Source of the DNA: an uncultured Bacilli bacterium | GTDB lineage: Bacteria; Bacillota_I; Bacilli_A; RF39; UBA660 | Length of the DNA: 39,539 nucleotides | Direction of reading: 5' to 3' | Assembly (NCBI GenBank): GCA_944364655.1 | Contig: CALVWG010000036.1 | Coordinates: forward strand, 1-39,539 | Part shown: positions 35,372 through 39,539 of the stretch, in pieces | How positions within the stretch are numbered: position 1 is the stretch's first letter | Layout of the letters: each line of letters begins with the position of its first letter | Program-made: the position numbers and the translations under genes | Notes under the pieces: model-generated | Database searches by the model: none | Told to the model about the DNA's origin: nothing | What the model saw: the letters and a program-made list of their open reading frames with translations, nothing else

Positions 35372-38300
35372 ATGAAAATATTTGATAAATTTATTTATAA
35401 TAATGGGACAATAGTTGAAGGTTTAACAAATGAGTTAGCTGTTTTTTATGTTTTAAATTATTTTCAAAAAACTAATAATAATGTTATTATTTTAACTAGT
35501 AACTTATATCATGCAAATCTTATTTTTAAATCATTAGAAACTTATACAGATCAAGTTTTATTATTTCCGATGGATGATTTTTTTACATCAATGGCTGTAG
35601 CGGTTTCTCCAGAGTTAAAATTAAAAAGACTGGAAACTTTAAATAGATTAAAAAGTGGACATCATATTGTTGTAACAAATTTAATGGGATATTTACATTT
35701 TTTACCTAATAAAAAAGAACAAGAATCTTTAGAAGTTGTTTTAAAAAAGGGAATGGATATCAGTAGAGATAAAGTTGTTGAAATTTTGACTTCTTTAGGT
35801 TATGTAAGAGATTCAATAGTTACTTCAACTGGAGAATTTGCAGTTAGAGGTTTTGTTGTCGATGTATTTTTTCATAGTGAAGAACATCCAATTAGAATTG
35901 AATTTTTTGGCGATACAATTGAAGAGATAAGATATTTTGATGAAGATTCACAACTTTCGTTAAAAAAAGTTGATGAAGTAAAATGTCAGGCTAATGAAGA
36001 AATAAGTGTTGGTAAAGCAAATTCTTTATTTGATTATATGGATAATCCAACTTTAATTACTTTTGATAAAGAACAAATAATGATAAGTTATGAAAAATTG
36101 TTGGAAGAAATGAATAATTTTAATTTAGAACAACAAACTTTAAATAAAAAGCATTTTTGGTTAATGGATGAATTGCATCCTCAATTCAATTTGTATATTA
36201 ATCAAGTTACAAATGATATGAGTAAAGATGTATTAAAATTTAGTACTCATGAAATTGAAAACTTTAGAAGTGATTTTGATAAATTAAAAAGTACAGTTTT
36301 GGGTTATGCTTTAAAAAATAAATCAATTACATTTGTTTTGTCTAGACATGCTCAAATTAAAACAATTCAAGAGTTAATTGAAAATGCTATTTTAGTGAAA
36401 GAACCAACTTTTGAAAAAGGAAAAATTGAAATTGTTGAAGGAAAAATAAATAAAGGTTTTATATGGGATGATATAGTAGTTATTTCTGAATTTGATATTG
36501 AAGAAATAAAAGAAGAAATAAAATATAAAAGTCCAATTAGAATAGGTAAAAAAGTTTCAGCTCTTGATTCTTTACAACTTGGTGATTATGTTGTTCATAG
36601 AGTTCATGGAATAGGGATTTATAATGGAGTTGTTACATTAGAAAATCATGGTAATAAGAAAGATTATATTCAAATTACTTATTTAGGAAATGATAAGGTT
36701 TATATTCCTGTTGAAAAAATTTCGACAATTTATAAATATAGTGATAAAGATGGCTTGAAACCACAAATAAATAAACTTGGTTCAACTGCTTGGCTAAAGA
36801 AAAAGCAATCTGTACAAAAAAGAATAAGAGATATTTCTAAAGAATTAATTAATTTATATGCTAAACGTAATCAAGTTGTCGGAGTTGCATATATAGATTA
36901 TCCAGAAGAAGAGGTTTTTGCTAGTACTTTTGCTTATGAAGAAACAAGGGATCAATTAAGAGCTATTCAAGATATAAAGAAGGATTTAAATAGTACTGTT
37001 CCTATGGATAGACTATTATGTGGTGATGTTGGTTTTGGTAAAACAGAAGTTGCTTTTAGAGCAATGTTTAAAACAATTTGTAATAATTTTCAAGTAATGT
37101 ATTTATGTCCAACAACAATTTTATCTAAACAGCAATATGAATCAGCTAAGGAGCGTTTTAAAGATTATCCTATTGAAATTGCTTTATTAAATCGTTTTAC
37201 GACTCCGAAAGAAACTAAAAGAATTATTGAAGATTTAAAAAATGGAAAAATAGATATTGTTTTTGGAACACATCGCTTATTAAGTAATGATATTAGTTTT
37301 AAAAGATTAGGATTAATGGTTATTGATGAAGAACAGCGTTTTGGAGTAACTCATAAGGAAAAAATTAAACAGTTTAAAAACGATGTTAATGTTTTAACTT
37401 TATCTGCAACGCCAATTCCTAGAACTTTAAAGATGGCTTTATCTGGATTAAGAGATTTATCAATTATTGATACGCCTCCCGTTAATCGTTATCCTGTTCA
37501 AACCTATGTTATTGCTGAAAGTGATATGCTTATTAAAGACGCGATTTATAAGGAATTAGCGCGTAATGGTCAAATATTTGTTTTGTATAATAGAGTAGAA
37601 ACAATAGAAGATATAATGTATAAATTAAGAAAGTTAGTTCCAGAGTCTAGAATTCGTTATGCACATGGTCGAATGAATAAGCAAGAATTAGATTCTATTA
37701 TGGATGATTTTATAAATTATAAATTTGATATTCTATTAAGTACAACTATTATTGAAACTGGAATAGATATACCAAACGCTAATACATTAATTATTTATAA
37801 TGCTGATTATTTTGGTTTAAGTCAACTTTATCAATTAAGAGGTCGAGTTGGAAGAAGTAATAAAATAGCTTATGCTTATTTAATGTATCAAAAAACAAAA
37901 ACTTTAAATGATATAGCTGTTAAAAGACTACAAGCTATTCGTGATTTTACTGAATTAGGAAGTGGTTATAAAATCGCTATGCGCGATCTATCTATAAGAG
38001 GTGCTGGAGATATTTTAGGCAGTGAACAAGCTGGTTTTGTTGATTCTGTAGGTATAAGTTTATACATGAAAATGATTGAAGAAGAAATGAAACGATTAAA
38101 AGGTGAAGAAGTAGAAGAAGATGAAGAAAAAGAATCTTTAATTAATGTTGAAACACATATTTCGAATGAATATGTAGAAGATGAATCAGTTAGAATAGAG
38201 ATACATCAAATGATCAATGAAATAGATTCTTATGAGAAATTAGAAGAGATAAAACAAAAATTAATTGATCGTTTTGGTAAAATTACTGAAAAAATGGAAA

Positions 38301-38584
38301 TATATATGTATGAAGAATGGTTTGAAAAATTAGCTTTGAAGTTAAAAATAAAAGAAGTAAAACAAACAGAAAGGTTTATTACTATAAATTTACCTGTTGA
38401 AATTTCAGAAAAAATTAAAGGCGATAAATTATTTTTGGAAGCATATAATATAAATCCAAAATTTCAGTTAAAATATGAAAATAAAAAAATTTCTATAACT
38501 TTAAATATTTTAAATCAAAAAAAGCATTTTATATATGACGTGGTTAAATTAATTGAATTAATTGCTAAAGATTTACAAGTATAA
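35372..38584 (+). CDS. mfd: transcription-repair coupling factor
   Basis: UvrB-homology N-terminus, RNAP-interaction (CarD-like) domain GDYVVHRVHGIG, helicase motifs GDVGFGKTEVA, DEEQRFG and QLRGRVGRS, and the TRG region. Confidence 0.95.
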   Translation: MKIFDKFIYNNGTIVEGLTNELAVFYVLNYFQKTNNNVIILTSNLYHANLIFKSLETYTDQVLLFPMDDFFTSMAVAVSPELKLKRLETLNRLKSGHHIVVTNLMGYLHFLPNKKEQESLEVVLKKGMDISRDKVVEILTSLGYVRDSIVTSTGEFAVRGFVVDVFFHSEEHPIRIEFFGDTIEEIRYFDEDSQLSLKKVDEVKCQANEEISVGKANSLFDYMDNPTLITFDKEQIMISYEKLLEEMNNFNLEQQTLNKKHFWLMDELHPQFNLYINQVTNDMSKDVLKFSTHEIENFRSDFDKLKSTVLGYALKNKSITFVLSRHAQIKTIQELIENAILVKEPTFEKGKIEIVEGKINKGFIWDDIVVISEFDIEEIKEEIKYKSPIRIGKKVSALDSLQLGDYVVHRVHGIGIYNGVVTLENHGNKKDYIQITYLGNDKVYIPVEKISTIYKYSDKDGLKPQINKLGSTAWLKKKQSVQKRIRDISKELINLYAKRNQVVGVAYIDYPEEEVFASTFAYEETRDQLRAIQDIKKDLNSTVPMDRLLCGDVGFGKTEVAFRAMFKTICNNFQVMYLCPTTILSKQQYESAKERFKDYPIEIALLNRFTTPKETKRIIEDLKNGKIDIVFGTHRLLSNDISFKRLGLMVIDEEQRFGVTHKEKIKQFKNDVNVLTLSATPIPRTLKMALSGLRDLSIIDTPPVNRYPVQTYVIAESDMLIKDAIYKELARNGQIFVLYNRVETIEDIMYKLRKLVPESRIRYAHGRMNKQELDSIMDDFINYKFDILLSTTIIETGIDIPNANTLIIYNADYFGLSQLYQLRGRVGRSNKIAYAYLMYQKTKTLNDIAVKRLQAIRDFTELGSGYKIAMRDLSIRGAGDILGSEQAGFVDSVGISLYMKMIEEEMKRLKGEEVEEDEEKESLINVETHISNEYVEDESVRIEIHQMINEIDSYEKLEEIKQKLIDRFGKITEKMEIYMYEEWFEKLALKLKIKEVKQTERFITINLPVEISEKIKGDKLFLEAYNINPKFQLKYENKKISITLNILNQKKHFIYDVVKLIELIAKDLQV

Positions 38585-38634
38585 ATTAATGAAAAAAAGG
38601 CAAAATAATTCTTAGATTGGAGTGAATTTAAGAA

Positions 38635-39147
38635 TTGAAAGATACTGGTGTTATTAGAAAAATTGATGAGTTAGGAAGAATAGTTATTCCAAAAGAAATA
38701 AGAAGAAGTTTAGGAATTAGAGATGGTGAAAATTTAGAAATTTTTGTTAATAATAATGGAATTACTTTGCAAAAACATTCGAGACTAATTAATTATCAAG
38801 AACTAGCTAATCAATTGGCAAATTTAGCTTATGAAATGATGGATTATAAAATATTAATTTTTGATCGTGATGAAGTAATGGCTGCGTTTAAAAACGAATA
38901 TAAACATATATTAATAAATCAAAAATTACAAAAACTTTTAGAAAATAGAGAAAATTATGAATCTTTAAATAAAGAAATTATTTTAGATGAAATAGAGGCA
39001 TGTTATTATCTTATTTTACCAATTATTATTTCTACTGATGTTGTTGGTTTAATAGTGATGATTAATGATAAATTGTTTGTAAATGAACAAAGAAAATTTT
39101 TAAAATTTTTAAATAAGCTTTTAGTTAATAAAATTGATATATTATAA
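38635..39147 (+). CDS. spoVT: stage V sporulation protein T (AbrB-family SpoVT)
   Basis: The N-terminal swapped-hairpin domain KDTGVIRKIDELGRIVIPKEIRRSLGIRDGENLEIF plus a ~120-aa C-terminal GAF-like part. It has a TTG start and the conserved position after mfd. Confidence 0.85.
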   Translation: MKDTGVIRKIDELGRIVIPKEIRRSLGIRDGENLEIFVNNNGITLQKHSRLINYQELANQLANLAYEMMDYKILIFDRDEVMAAFKNEYKHILINQKLQKLLENRENYESLNKEIILDEIEACYYLILPIIISTDVVGLIVMINDKLFVNEQRKFLKFLNKLLVNKIDIL

Positions 39148-39164
39148 ATGATTTTAATGGATAT

Positions 39165-39192
39165 TTGACTTTTAAAAAAACTATGTTAAAAT
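39165..39192 (+). promoter_or_regulatory. promoter of the metG T-box leader
   Basis: TTGACT (39165-39170), a 16-nt spacer, then TG-t-TAAAAT (39184-39192). Confidence 0.6.
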
Positions 39193-39202
39193 AAGTTTAA
39201 TC

Positions 39203-39402
39203 AATGATGAAAGAAAGAGTATATAATTAGTTTTTTTAAGAGAGTTTACGTTGGTGAAAGTAAATAAAAGCTTATTATAGAAGATGGCTCTGGAGTTAAA
39301 ACGTTTAAATCGCGTTAAGAAAAAAGAGCATGGAAACATGAATTAAGGTGGTACCGCGGATCTAACAGTTATTCGTCCTTTAGGATTGATAACTGTTTTT
39401 TA
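39203..39402 (+). promoter_or_regulatory. T-box riboswitch leader, AUG (Met) specifier
   Basis: Stem I start AATGATGAAAGAAAGAGTA, AGAGAG and GGTGAAAG distal elements, and a specifier loop GAAGAUGG with AUG at 39284-39286. The T-box sequence AATTAAGGTGGTACCGCG is at 39341-39358 and a terminator follows. Confidence 0.88.
39364..39402 (+). terminator. T-box terminator hairpin
   Basis: AACAGTTAT (39364-39372) / ATAACTGTT (39389-39397) followed by a T-run. Its 5' arm can alternatively pair in the antiterminator. Confidence 0.8.
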
Positions 39403-39423
39403 TTGTTTAGAAAGGATGTTATT

Positions 39424-39539
39424 ATGGAAAAATATTATATTACAACTGCGATTGCATATGCTTCTGCTAAACCTCATATTGGAAATACTTATGAAATTGT
39501 TTTAGCTGATGCAATTGCTCGTTATAAAAGATTAAAAGG
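39424..39539 (+). CDS. metG: methionine--tRNA ligase, N-terminal fragment running off the window
   Basis: MEKYYITTAIAYASAKPHIGNTYEIVLADAIARYKRLK is a class I HIGH-region (here HIGN) MetRS-type N-terminus, consistent with the AUG specifier of the leader. Confidence 0.75.
   Translation, partial: MEKYYITTAIAYASAKPHIGNTYEIVLADAIARYKRLK

Noticed and set aside
1-39539. Alternative genetic code (Mollicutes-like TGA=Trp) suggested by the extreme AT content, and presence of mobile elements or defence islands
   Set aside because: Long ORFs close properly with the standard code and TGA serves as a stop (for example at 10833-10835). Peptidoglycan genes (murA, class A PBP) and sporulation genes are present. 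I recognised no transposase, integrase, phage, restriction-modification, toxin-antitoxin or cas-like gene in any frame.

Overview
This window is the chromosomal replication-origin region of a very AT-rich Firmicute that uses the standard genetic code (TGA terminates, for example, the PBP gene). The left arm, on the minus strand, reads rpmH-rnpA-yidC-jag-mnmE-mnmG-rsmG, then a single ParB/Noc-family gene. Beyond that lie a convergent class A PBP gene and DUF1934-argS-rpoE-prfA-prmC-spoIIR-mntP-murA-SGNH hydrolase-GT2 glycosyltransferase. The right arm, on the plus strand, reads dnaA-dnaN-comK-recF-gyrB-gyrA, a ~1 kb non-coding spacer, then ffs (a short SRP RNA). It continues tadA-dnaX-ybaB-recR-HD protein-bofA-holB-ricT(yaaT)-TrmN6-like methyltransferase-pth-mfd-spoVT, then a Met T-box leader and the start of metG. 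Sporulation genes (spoIIR, bofA, spoVT, ricT) together with RNAP delta (rpoE) and comK suggest a spore-forming Bacilli- or Erysipelotrichia-like organism; this is inference only. oriC is bipartite, with DnaA-box clusters on both sides of dnaA. I saw no transposase, integrase, CRISPR array, rRNA gene or tRNA gene. The unusual content concerns chromosome organisation. (1) Eight parS palindromes are packed into the gyrA-ffs spacer, and several sit next to DnaA-box-like decamers. (2) Three perfect Noc-binding-site palindromes (TATTTCCCGGGAAATA) share flanks beyond the core; one is intergenic and two lie inside genes in different codon phases. (3) Only one ParB-family gene is present. It is Noc-like in its recognition helix and C-terminal domain, lacks the N-terminal membrane helix, carries a ~150-aa low-complexity insert, and has no soj-spo0J beside it. 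(4) Perfect DnaA boxes are embedded in the coding sequences of dnaA, dnaN, recF and holB. All family assignments come from motif recognition by eye, with no database search.
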